Shown piece after piece: positions 49,097 through 57,689 of a stretch of 64,000 nt of DNA (positions are counted from its first letter, which is position 1; every line of letters begins with the position of its first letter). The position numbers were made by a program, and so were the translations under genes. The notes under the pieces are model-generated. The model saw only the letters and a program-made list of their open reading frames with translations, was not told the DNA's origin and did no database searches. The stretch is from a virus, in the IMG/VR virus record IMGVR_UViG_3300029787_000007, positions 48,700 to 112,699 of that record. One strand, written 5' to 3'.

Positions 49097-49578
49097 AAAT
49101 CACAAAAACACAACTTAAGCAGATTATAAAAGAAGAGCTTGATGAAATCAGGGCCAGCGGCCTTGGAACTTTTGGCGTTGAATACCCTGATCTTACTGCA
49201 GATCTTGGTCCCGGCGGTGAAACACAATTAAAAGATGCGGTTAAACAATTAGGACAAATAATTTTGGAACTTAGAAATTTGCATGATAGCTTGCCAAACG
49301 ACAGGAGAGTCCAGTTTCAGAAAAAAATGATAGAGAACGTTATTGTTCTTAATTCACAACTTGATGCGGAAAGAGCAGAAAAAGAACATAGAAATGTAAG
49401 CTATGGTGAAGAAGCATTAGAAGAAAGAGAGCTTACAAAGAAAGAAAAAAAACAAAAAGAAAAAGTTGTAAAAGGCATGAAGAGATCTAAAAAAGATTTT
49501 AAAAAAAGATATGGCGCTGATGCCGAGTCAGTGATGTATGCAACAGCCACAAAGATGGCAAAAAACAAAAAGGAATAA
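49093..49578 (+). CDS. MKITK-leader protein with basic C-terminal domain
   Basis: MKITKTQLKQIIKEELDE; C-terminal KDFKKRYGADAESVMYATATKMAK. Confidence 0.8.
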   Translation: MKITKTQLKQIIKEELDEIRASGLGTFGVEYPDLTADLGPGGETQLKDAVKQLGQIILELRNLHDSLPNDRRVQFQKKMIENVIVLNSQLDAERAEKEHRNVSYGEEALEERELTKKEKKQKEKVVKGMKRSKKDFKKRYGADAESVMYATATKMAKNKKE

Positions 49579-49582
49579 AACA

Positions 49583-49777
49583 ATGCAACAGTATGTACAG
49601 GGAAAATTAGATAGATTAGTTGAGAAAGCAATTTCTCGTAAGTTTATGGTATGGCTAACAGCTACTGGGCTGTTTGCTTTTTATAATTTAGCATCCAGCG
49701 ATTGGGTTATGATCTCGGCTATTTATATCGGTGGTCAAGCTGTAATTGATGGTATTGCTAGAATGAAAGGTGTTTGA
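49583..49777 (+). CDS. Putative holin (2 TM; start revised from 49538)
   Basis: AAGGA SD; SRKF then two hydrophobic helices; 64 aa. Confidence 0.5.
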   Translation: MQQYVQGKLDRLVEKAISRKFMVWLTATGLFAFYNLASSDWVMISAIYIGGQAVIDGIARMKGV

Positions 49778-50187
49778 TGATTAAAGTTGACTGGCTTAAA
49801 GTTCTTGGTTTTGCAAAGAAAAACTGGAAAGAAATAACAATTATTGTTCTTTTACTTGCAGTTATTGGAAAAATGCGTTATGATTATAAACAACTTGAGA
49901 ACACATATCAAGTCAGTCAACAATCTCTTCAAAATCAAATTGATGGCTTACAAGAAATACATGCAGAAGAATTAGAAAGAAAAGAACACGCATTGCAACA
50001 GTATCGTGATGCATTAGAATTATTGGAGAGGGAGTATGAGAAAGAAAGAGGTCAGATTGAGATTGTGGTTGAAGAGCGAATTGTGGAAATTGAAACAACG
50101 ATCGACAACCGCAGACAATTCACAGAAAACAGAGAAGAACTCGCAGAACAAATAACAGATACATTTGGGTTTCAGTATGTTCCTTAA
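49774..50187 (+). CDS. Putative inner-membrane spanin-like protein
   Basis: N-terminal TM (ITIIVLLLAVIG) plus long coiled coil; follows holin-like gene. Confidence 0.45.
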   Translation: MMIKVDWLKVLGFAKKNWKEITIIVLLLAVIGKMRYDYKQLENTYQVSQQSLQNQIDGLQEIHAEELERKEHALQQYRDALELLEREYEKERGQIEIVVEERIVEIETTIDNRRQFTENREELAEQITDTFGFQYVP

Positions 50188-50590
50188 AGCATTATTATTT
50201 TCTATGGTAGCTCATGCCGAGCCGCCACAATTTACTATTCTTGGAGAAAATGAGCCAGCACCCTTTGAGGGTGTTTTGTTTAACAAGCGAGGTATCGCTG
50301 AGCTGTTGGTATTACCTATGGACTATAGATTAAATTGTGATTTAGAAGTTGAATATCAACTTGATATACAAGCCACAGAGTTTCATCTTGAGCGTCAAAA
50401 CTTTCAAATTCGATTGGATGCGTTGAGATCAGAATATGATTTGCGTATTGAGCAAAAGGATATTGAAATAGCCGCTTTGCAAGAGGCAACACTTAAACAA
50501 TCGCCAAATAATAGACTATGGTGGTTTGCTGGTGGCATTGCAGCAGGAGTCGTCACTACATATGGCGCCTATAGAGTGTTTAATGAGTGA
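50177..50590 (+). CDS. Secreted coiled-coil protein with C-terminal TM (possible spanin partner)
   Basis: Signal peptide MFLKALLFSMVAHA; C-terminal WWFAGGIAAGVVTTYGAY. Confidence 0.5.
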   Translation: MFLKALLFSMVAHAEPPQFTILGENEPAPFEGVLFNKRGIAELLVLPMDYRLNCDLEVEYQLDIQATEFHLERQNFQIRLDALRSEYDLRIEQKDIEIAALQEATLKQSPNNRLWWFAGGIAAGVVTTYGAYRVFNE

Positions 50591-50972
50591 AGATCCAAAC
50601 AAGATTGCTGCGATAGAAAAAGCTATTACTGAAAAGTATGGCAAAGAAACTGTTCAAAATCCAAAGGGGAACTGGAATGATGACAAGGAGAAAGAGTATC
50701 TTGAGCAATCTAAACAGTTTTATAAGAAACAGTATAAAAAGAAAGAGTGGCAAGAAAAAGTAGATGTTAATGGGATTAAGATTTCAAAAAAACTACTTAA
50801 TAGAGAATCTTTGAAATGTTGTCCTGTCTGCGGAAGTTTTCCAAAGAAATCTATGGATGACGTTTGTATCGTCAAATTTGATTGTTGCAGTCGCTGCTAT
50901 ATTCAATATGTCGAACACAGAGAAGAGAGATGGCTAAAAGGATGGAGACCTAAAAATGGCAACAGTATATGA
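50583..50972 (+). CDS. Hypothetical Zn-finger protein (start revised from 50526)
   Basis: CPVC ... CSRC; overlaps upstream stop. Confidence 0.7.
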   Translation: MSEDPNKIAAIEKAITEKYGKETVQNPKGNWNDDKEKEYLEQSKQFYKKQYKKKEWQEKVDVNGIKISKKLLNRESLKCCPVCGSFPKKSMDDVCIVKFDCCSRCYIQYVEHREERWLKGWRPKNGNSI

Positions 50973-51501
50973 AATCGTTCAAGGATTATCACAAGCAGCA
51001 GCAAATGCTTATGACGGCGCACTAACAGAAGATGGCGAAGCTATTAAAGCAGGCCTTCAGCGAGAGGAGGGTCGTCCTCTTTTAGACAAAAGAGTTATGG
51101 ACGGATTTAACGTTAAGTTTTTTGGAAATATGATGTGTCTTTCCTATCATTCAGAGGTCCAGCTTAAAGAAGTTTATAGGGCTGGCTTTGAAAGTGATAT
51201 TGAACAAAGACTATCAGATATTAAAAACTGGCTGACAAAAGAATATAAGAAAGTTACCGGAAACTCAGTGACACTAACAGAGGAGGGCGAGGTCGATGTT
51301 CGGGTTGAAAACTCATCTCGGGTTCGCTCTTGGGTTATGGCTAAAAAGCACTATGTAGTTGGCGGATTAGATAAAGAAATGCAAAACGACAGCCCATCTG
51401 AGGAGCGGTTGGAGAATAATTGGAGATCGTTTCTTGAGCAGGGTGGCTGGAACGGAACCGGAGGCGATCGTCCTGATAATGACACAAGGAAAAAAGAGTA
51501 A
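50956..51501 (+). CDS. Hypothetical phage protein (181 aa)
   Basis: GGAG SD; contains NWRSFLE near C-terminus. Confidence 0.75.
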   Translation: MATVYEIVQGLSQAAANAYDGALTEDGEAIKAGLQREEGRPLLDKRVMDGFNVKFFGNMMCLSYHSEVQLKEVYRAGFESDIEQRLSDIKNWLTKEYKKVTGNSVTLTEEGEVDVRVENSSRVRSWVMAKKHYVVGGLDKEMQNDSPSEERLENNWRSFLEQGGWNGTGGDRPDNDTRKKE

Positions 51502-51818
51502 TGAAAATCACTCTTGAAAGATTACGCGAGATTATAACTGAGGAAGTAATTAAAGAGGCAGTCGACCCAGAGGACGCACAACGCACTATCGTCGCATTAT
51601 TACAGGGCACTGCCCAAAATGTAACCGGCGATATTATGGGCGCTGTGTATGACGAAATGTATGCTTCTGATGTGGCAGAGCCAGAAGAGCCAGAAATGAG
51701 AAAATCAATCAGAAGCCCTGGCCAAGAAGAAGCTGAAGATGTCCCGGCGGACCTTCCAAGGCAGGGAAAAATTCGAAGCCTGGAAGAGAGTATTGAGATT
51801 GAAATAATAGATGATTAA
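51501..51818 (+). CDS. MKIT-leader acidic protein
   Basis: MKITLERLREIITEEVIKE. Confidence 0.75.
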   Translation: MKITLERLREIITEEVIKEAVDPEDAQRTIVALLQGTAQNVTGDIMGAVYDEMYASDVAEPEEPEMRKSIRSPGQEEAEDVPADLPRQGKIRSLEESIEIEIIDD

Positions 51819-53404
51819 TGAGTTTCCAACTATCAAAACAAGAAAAAGTAAAAGAGATACTTAAGTGTGGAAAAGACCCCTCCTACTTTCTTAACAACTA
51901 TGCAAGAATATCACACCCATTACATGGACTTATTCTTTTTAACACTTTTGACTTCCAAGATGAACTTCTTAAAGATTTTAATGATTACCGTTTTAATATT
52001 ATTCTAAAAGCTCGTCAGTTAGGCATTTCAACAATTACTGCTGGCTATATTGTATGGATGATGCTGTTCCATCGTGATAAAGCTATTCTTGTCATGGCAA
52101 CAAAGTTTGCGACAGCAGGAAACTTAGTTAAAAAAGTTAAAAACATTATGCGCAATGTGCCCGATTGGTTAAAAATTGCACAGATTAGCGTTGACAATAG
52201 AACTTCTTTTGAGCTTTCTAACGGTTCTTCAATTAAAGCAGCGTCTACCTCTGGCGATGCGGGTCGTTCTGAAGCGTTGTCATTGCTTGTTCTTGATGAG
52301 GCTGCGCACATTGAAGGTTTAGAGGAATTATGGACCGGTCTATACCCCACGTTGTCAACAGGTGGTCGCTGTATTGCCCTATCTACACCTAATGGAGTAG
52401 GAAATTGGTTTCATAAAACTTGCACAGATTCTGAGGCCGGCACTAATAATTTTAATTTAACCACTTTGCCGTGGGAAGTGCACCCAGATAGAGATCAAGA
52501 ATGGTATAAAAAAGAAACCAAGAATATGTCAAAACGACAAATCGCCCAAGAGCTTGAGTGCAATTTCAACACATCTGGCGAGACAGTTATTGATCCTGAT
52601 TGCATGCAGTGGATGCTGTCTACAGTTAAGGAGCCAAAATATCGCACCGGCTTTGATCGAAACTTTTGGATTTTTGAAGAATTCGATCCTGCCAGCAGCT
52701 ATTTATTGGTTGCTGATGTTTCACGAGGCGACGGCGCCGATTTTTCTACATTTCATATTATTAAACTTGAAACGTTAGAAATTATAGGAGAATATCAAGG
52801 CAAGCCAACAATTGATATGTTTGCCAACATGCTTAATAGCGTAGGTAGGGAGTTTGGAAATTGTATGGTTGTGGTTGAAAACAATAACATAGGATATTCC
52901 GTGCTAGATAAGCTGATAAACGAATATCAATATCCAAATGTTTATCATTCTATTAAGTCAACACACGAATATATTGAACAACACCAGGCTGAAATTCGCT
53001 CATCGGCAGTTTCCGGTTTTACAACATCAATGAAGACGCGCCCGCTCATCATAGCTAAATTAGAGGAGTTTATCAGAAATAAACTAATTACCATATACTC
53101 TTCTCGCACAGTCAACGAGATGAAAACTTTTATTTGGAGGAATGGTCGACCTGAAGCAATGAAAGGCTATAATGATGATTTAATCATGGCCCTCGCAATA
53201 GCGTGCTGGGTGAGAGACACAGCATTGCAGGCGAATGCCCGAGATTTAAATTATCAAAAAGCTTTTGTTAATTCAATTATTACCACTAAAACAACGATGA
53301 ATACAAGAATTAGCGGCCAAGAAGGGTACAAAAAAAATGATATTTTTGATAAAATGAGCGAAGCAGAAAAATTATACAATCAATATAAATGGATTATAAA
53401 GTGA
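51818..53404 (+). CDS. Terminase large subunit (T4 gp17-like)
   Basis: LKARQLGIST, LVLDEAAH, LSTPNG, nuclease ADVSRGDGADFS and DDLIMALAI. Confidence 0.95.
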   Translation: MSFQLSKQEKVKEILKCGKDPSYFLNNYARISHPLHGLILFNTFDFQDELLKDFNDYRFNIILKARQLGISTITAGYIVWMMLFHRDKAILVMATKFATAGNLVKKVKNIMRNVPDWLKIAQISVDNRTSFELSNGSSIKAASTSGDAGRSEALSLLVLDEAAHIEGLEELWTGLYPTLSTGGRCIALSTPNGVGNWFHKTCTDSEAGTNNFNLTTLPWEVHPDRDQEWYKKETKNMSKRQIAQELECNFNTSGETVIDPDCMQWMLSTVKEPKYRTGFDRNFWIFEEFDPASSYLLVADVSRGDGADFSTFHIIKLETLEIIGEYQGKPTIDMFANMLNSVGREFGNCMVVVENNNIGYSVLDKLINEYQYPNVYHSIKSTHEYIEQHQAEIRSSAVSGFTTSMKTRPLIIAKLEEFIRNKLITIYSSRTVNEMKTFIWRNGRPEAMKGYNDDLIMALAIACWVRDTALQANARDLNYQKAFVNSIITTKTTMNTRISGQEGYKKNDIFDKMSEAEKLYNQYKWIIK

Positions 53405-53412
53405 GAAGATAA

Positions 53413-55452
53413 ATGGCGCCAAGAAACCAAAATAAACAAGGTAGAAACCCAGCTAACAAACAATCTGAATTATTTAAAAGATTAACAAGATTATTTTCGG
53501 GTCCGATTATTAACTATAGATCCCAGTCGGGTCGCAGAATTCGCAGGCAGCATTTAGACAAATTCTCGTCAAGATTTAAATCAGCTTCCGGTCAGCAGTT
53601 TAAAAAATCTCTTTATAACCCTCTTGATAAAGTAGCTGCAAATGCAATTGGCAACCAGCGTAGATCTGAACGTTATGTTGATTTTGATCAAATGGAGTAC
53701 ATGCCAGAAATTGCATCGACAATGGATATATATGCGGACGAAATGACAACGTATTCAGAACTTCGCCCAATGATAAACATTAAATGTCCAAATGAAGAAA
53801 TTAAAGCAGTGCTTGGGATTCTATATGAACAAATTTTAAATGTTCAATATAATCTTTTTGGCTGGGCCCGAACCATGTGCAAGTATGGAGATTTCTTTTT
53901 GTATTTAGATATTGATGAAAAATTTGGTGTTCAATCTGCGATATCTTTGCCGATTCAAGAAATTGAAAGACTTGAAGGAATGGACTCAACCAATCCAAAT
54001 TATATTCAATATCAATGGAATAGTGCTGGTATGACTTTTGAAAATTGGCAGATTGCACACTTTCGAATTTTAGGAAATGATAAATATACTCCATACGGAA
54101 CATCTATTTTGGAGCCGGCCCGTCGTATTTGGAGGCAACTGACTTTAATGGAAGATGCGATGATGGCTTACCGTGTAATTAGATCATCAGAAAGAAGAGT
54201 CTTTAAAATCGATGTTGGTTCTGTTCCCCCCAATGACGTAGAACAGTATATGGAAAAAATCGTAACAAACCTCAAAAGGCACTCTGTGGTTGATCAGACA
54301 ACTGGTCGTATTGATTTACGATACAATCCTATGTCCATCGAAGAAGATTACTTTATCCCAGTGCGCCCAGGTTCTGCTACTGATATTCAAAATCTGGCAG
54401 GTGGCCAGAATACAACGTCGATTGATGATATCAAGTACCTTCGCGATAAACTTTTTTCCGCCTTGAAAATTCCCCAGGCCTACCTTGCGATGGGTGAAGG
54501 TGCTGCGGAAGATAAAACAACATTGGCACAAAAAGATATTCGTTTTGCTAGAACAATTCAAAGGCTACAAAGAGTTATTATATCTGAATTAGAAAAAATT
54601 GGCATTATACACTTATATACATTAGGATTCAGAGGAGATGATTTACTGGCATTTAGTTTATCTTTGAATAATCCATCTAAAATTGCTGAATTACAAGAAA
54701 TTGAACATTGGAAGTCTAAGTTTGACATCGCGGCTTCGGCTACAGAAGGTTATTTTTCTCGTCGGTGGGTTTCTGAAAAAATCTTTGGTATGTCGCATGA
54801 ACAATTTATACGCAATCAACGCGAGATGTATTATGATCGCAAGCATGACGCATCGCTAACTGCAGTTGCTGAGGCAGCAGCAGCTGGTGAAGGCATGGGC
54901 GGCATGGGCGGCGATTTAGGCGGCGATTTAGGCGGTGATTTAGGTGGCGATCTAGGAGGCGATTTGGGTGCTGGCCCAGAAGAGATGCCTGCCGGCGCCG
55001 CCGGCGCAGCAGCGCCCGGCCCAGAAAGCCCAGAAGGCGCCCCACCATCTCCAGAAGAAGGAGATCTTTTAGCAATTCCTCCTGGCTCAAGAGACTCACC
55101 TAGGTTAAGACCCCGAGCGCATGGTGGAAAGAGAAGTAAGGGTGTTAAGATGTATAACCCTGTTAATCCTAGAACCGATGGTAGAAAAGGCGCCGCTGTT
55201 AAATCACATAATAATTCAAAATGGTCAAAACAAATGAGTGGAGCCTCCATAAGAAACATTTTGCCGGGCGCTAGAGACATTCAAACCCTTGCAAGAGGTA
55301 TTTATGAGCAAGATGAGTCTATTTATAGTTTGAGAGAACAAGACGAAGAAAAGAAGCTTTTCCAAGTCAACAAGTCAATTAAGACACTTATTGAAGATTT
55401 AGACAGAAAAGACAAATTATTAGCGGAGAATAAGAATGAAGATAAGGCATAA
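53413..55452 (+). CDS. Portal protein (T4 gp20-like) with low-complexity C-terminal extension
   Basis: PYGTSILE..WRQLTLMEDAMMAYRVIR..ERRVFKIDVG; EEDYFIPVR; DIRFARTI. Confidence 0.93.
   Translation: MAPRNQNKQGRNPANKQSELFKRLTRLFSGPIINYRSQSGRRIRRQHLDKFSSRFKSASGQQFKKSLYNPLDKVAANAIGNQRRSERYVDFDQMEYMPEIASTMDIYADEMTTYSELRPMINIKCPNEEIKAVLGILYEQILNVQYNLFGWARTMCKYGDFFLYLDIDEKFGVQSAISLPIQEIERLEGMDSTNPNYIQYQWNSAGMTFENWQIAHFRILGNDKYTPYGTSILEPARRIWRQLTLMEDAMMAYRVIRSSERRVFKIDVGSVPPNDVEQYMEKIVTNLKRHSVVDQTTGRIDLRYNPMSIEEDYFIPVRPGSATDIQNLAGGQNTTSIDDIKYLRDKLFSALKIPQAYLAMGEGAAEDKTTLAQKDIRFARTIQRLQRVIISELEKIGIIHLYTLGFRGDDLLAFSLSLNNPSKIAELQEIEHWKSKFDIAASATEGYFSRRWVSEKIFGMSHEQFIRNQREMYYDRKHDASLTAVAEAAAAGEGMGGMGGDLGGDLGGDLGGDLGGDLGAGPEEMPAGAAGAAAPGPESPEGAPPSPEEGDLLAIPPGSRDSPRLRPRAHGGKRSKGVKMYNPVNPRTDGRKGAAVKSHNNSKWSKQMSGASIRNILPGARDIQTLARGIYEQDESIYSLREQDEEKKLFQVNKSIKTLIEDLDRKDKLLAENKNEDKA
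54907..54966 (+). repeat. 5 x 12-bp coding tandem repeat (GGDL)x5 in portal tail
   Basis: ggcggcgattta-type units with synonymous variation. Confidence 0.9.
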
Positions 55453-56272
55453 TAAAAAAAGAAATACGGCTTTTGTTTACGAGTCTTTAATTAAGGAAGC
55501 AACTGTAGCGATCATTAAAAAAGACGAGAAAAGAAAGCAAAAAGTTATTTCAATTTTAAAAACGCATTTTTTTGAAGATTCTGTATTAAAAAGACATTTG
55601 GACTGTTACCGATCATTATACGAAAGTCATAGTCTCGATCGCACAACTGCAGAAAAAATATTAAAGGAGGCTAAATTAGCTAGCCGACTGTTGGATACAG
55701 AAGGACTCTTTGTAAAACAGAGCGAGCTTATCAAAGACATTAATCAAGAGTTCACAACAGAGTTTTATAATACCTTTGTCCCTAACTATAAAACATTGGC
55801 CAGCATCACAAGCATTTTTTCTAATAAAATATCTCCTAAAAATGCTGTTATATTAGAAAATCAAATAATTGATGAAATGATTATTGAAGTTGGCCCTGCG
55901 CTTGGGGAAAACCAAGAGGTTGACGATTTAATTTTATCTTCTTTTGTGGTCAAGTTTAATGAAAAGTATGATGGCGAACTTTTAGATGAGCAAAAAACTC
56001 TTTTAAATTACTATATTTCATCTTTTCTAGACAATTCGCTTTCTTTGAAAACTTTTTTAAATGAAGAAATTGCAAGACTTAAAGATAACATGCAAAAATC
56101 TCTGTTGACAGAAGAAATTAGTGAAGACTTAGAGATGACAAATAAGACAAATAAAATAATTGAAAAATTAAATACATTCTATAATACAAATGTTGATGAG
56201 AATGTTTTACTAACAGTGCTCAAAACACAAAAATTAGTAAGGGAAATATTTAAAGATGGCGATAACAGTTAA
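55436..56272 (+). CDS. Hypothetical head-module protein (possible prohead core component)
   Basis: Follows portal; helical; multiple L/I-x-E sites. Confidence 0.6.
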   Translation: MKIRHNKKRNTAFVYESLIKEATVAIIKKDEKRKQKVISILKTHFFEDSVLKRHLDCYRSLYESHSLDRTTAEKILKEAKLASRLLDTEGLFVKQSELIKDINQEFTTEFYNTFVPNYKTLASITSIFSNKISPKNAVILENQIIDEMIIEVGPALGENQEVDDLILSSFVVKFNEKYDGELLDEQKTLLNYYISSFLDNSLSLKTFLNEEIARLKDNMQKSLLTEEISEDLEMTNKTNKIIEKLNTFYNTNVDENVLLTVLKTQKLVREIFKDGDNS

Positions 56273-56795
56273 AATCGGCAAGGGCGCGAAAACAACAACC
56301 GTTCGTCTTGAGATGAACATCCGTAAAAGTTTAAATGGTGATCTTATGATCTTTGATCATGGAGATATTGATATTGTACTATCGACATCCCAGAACAAGG
56401 TTGTTGCATTTCCCAAAGAAACAATGAATGATCTGGTATATGGAGCACAAAATAGATTATTTGCCCACCTTCGGAAAAAAGGCATAATAATAGCAGAATC
56501 AATCCAAGCGGGTTCGTTTTATGGATCCTTTGAGGGCTCTTTAGAAACTCCTTTTAAAGAAAACTTAAGTGCTGCAAAAATGGCGTTGGTTAACATAAGT
56601 AATTTTATTAATGAAGAGCGGCCATATTTTGAATCAGCAGAAGCCATTATATCAATGGCTGATGACGAGCTTGTTCACCCAGACAAAACGGACTCAACTG
56701 AATTGGGCGATGTGCCCCATAGTGTTGAGCAGGGCTCTATACGCCGCGGCAAGATTAGAGACCCTTATTCACTGAGTTATCTATATACTGTATAA
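56256..56795 (+). CDS. Hypothetical protein (179 aa)
   Basis: Coupled ORF in head module. Confidence 0.7.
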   Translation: MAITVKIGKGAKTTTVRLEMNIRKSLNGDLMIFDHGDIDIVLSTSQNKVVAFPKETMNDLVYGAQNRLFAHLRKKGIIIAESIQAGSFYGSFEGSLETPFKENLSAAKMALVNISNFINEERPYFESAEAIISMADDELVHPDKTDSTELGDVPHSVEQGSIRRGKIRDPYSLSYLYTV

Positions 56796-57112
56796 TGGAA
56801 TTATTAATATTTATACTTTGTGCCTATGGTCTTACGCAAATACTTGTTTACGGTAAGATTTTTTCAAAATTAAGGCCAAAAAAAGGCAAGCTTGGGGAAT
56901 TGGCAAACTGTCCTATGTGCATGGGTTTTCATGTTGGGTGGTTTTTAATGCTTCTTTCCCCGTTTACAGAACTATTTAGTTTTGATGTGACTGTGTTTAA
57001 TTTCTTTCTTTTAGGTTGGTTATCGTCGGGCACATCATATATGCTAAATATGCTAATTGGCGATCAGGGAATACAAATATCAAATACGGAGAAAAAAAAT
57101 GAAAATCACTAA
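56795..57112 (+). CDS. Small multi-TM protein with CxxC (DUF1360-like)
   Basis: Three hydrophobic segments; LANCPMCMGFHVG. Confidence 0.6.
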   Translation: MELLIFILCAYGLTQILVYGKIFSKLRPKKGKLGELANCPMCMGFHVGWFLMLLSPFTELFSFDVTVFNFFLLGWLSSGTSYMLNMLIGDQGIQISNTEKKNENH

Positions 57113-57617
57113 GCAGCTACTTCAAGAAATGGTCGAAGAAGAGCTAAAAATTCTTGTGGAGTCTGACGGTCAAGTTGACGAAGCACTTGGAGACATGTTC
57201 TCTAAAATGAAATCAAAATTAACTGGCGGTAGCACTGCCGCGTCTGCCTTCGCGACACGCCCAGTACAAATGGCAGTGGAAAAGCTTAAGACAGCTTTAG
57301 AAAAAACATCACCACAAAATAGAGCTATGGTAGTAGCAGATATGCTTTTAGATCTTGGCATCGGCGCCGATGAAATTCAAAGAGTCATGAGCCAAATCAG
57401 GGCCCAAGAGAAAGAAAGATCAGAAATGGTTCCCGGAACAGATCCTACGAAGAGAACAGCAATGGACGTACCAGAGCCCGGCCTGCCAAGTAGAGAGGCC
57501 CCCCGCCGACCCCCTTCTAGAGCATCTGCTCGTTCACGAGCCAGACGCCAAGGAGGTGGAGTAAGAATTCCAGCACTCGGTATGCAAGAAGGCAAGAAAA
57601 GAAGGTCAAAGAAGTAA
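57099..57617 (+). CDS. MKITK-leader protein with Arg/Pro-rich basic tail (start revised from 57057)
   Basis: GGAG SD; MKITKQLLQEMVEEELKILVE. Confidence 0.78.
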   Translation: MKITKQLLQEMVEEELKILVESDGQVDEALGDMFSKMKSKLTGGSTAASAFATRPVQMAVEKLKTALEKTSPQNRAMVVADMLLDLGIGADEIQRVMSQIRAQEKERSEMVPGTDPTKRTAMDVPEPGLPSREAPRRPPSRASARSRARRQGGGVRIPALGMQEGKKRRSKK

Positions 57618-57618
57618 A

Positions 57619-57687
57619 ATGAATACAAATGTTTGGACAAATAAATGGAGACTACAACCCGTAAGACGATGCTGTAAAGGATCTTAG
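57619..57687 (+). CDS. Candidate micro-ORF (22 aa) MNTNVWTNKWRLQPVRRCCKGS
   Basis: Fills the gap between 57617 and the protease start at 57690. Confidence 0.4.
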   Translation: MNTNVWTNKWRLQPVRRCCKGS

Positions 57688-57689
57688 CT

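Noticed and set aside
45536-49140. Leader repeats as a CRISPR array or integron attC sites
   Set aside because: The repeats are in-frame coding with synonymous variation, non-palindromic and spaced hundreds of bp to >1 kb apart; no cas or integrase gene is present.
51818-55452. Inteins or introns in terminase or portal
   Set aside because: TerL is normal length with contiguous motifs; the extra portal length is low-complexity tail with no splicing motifs.
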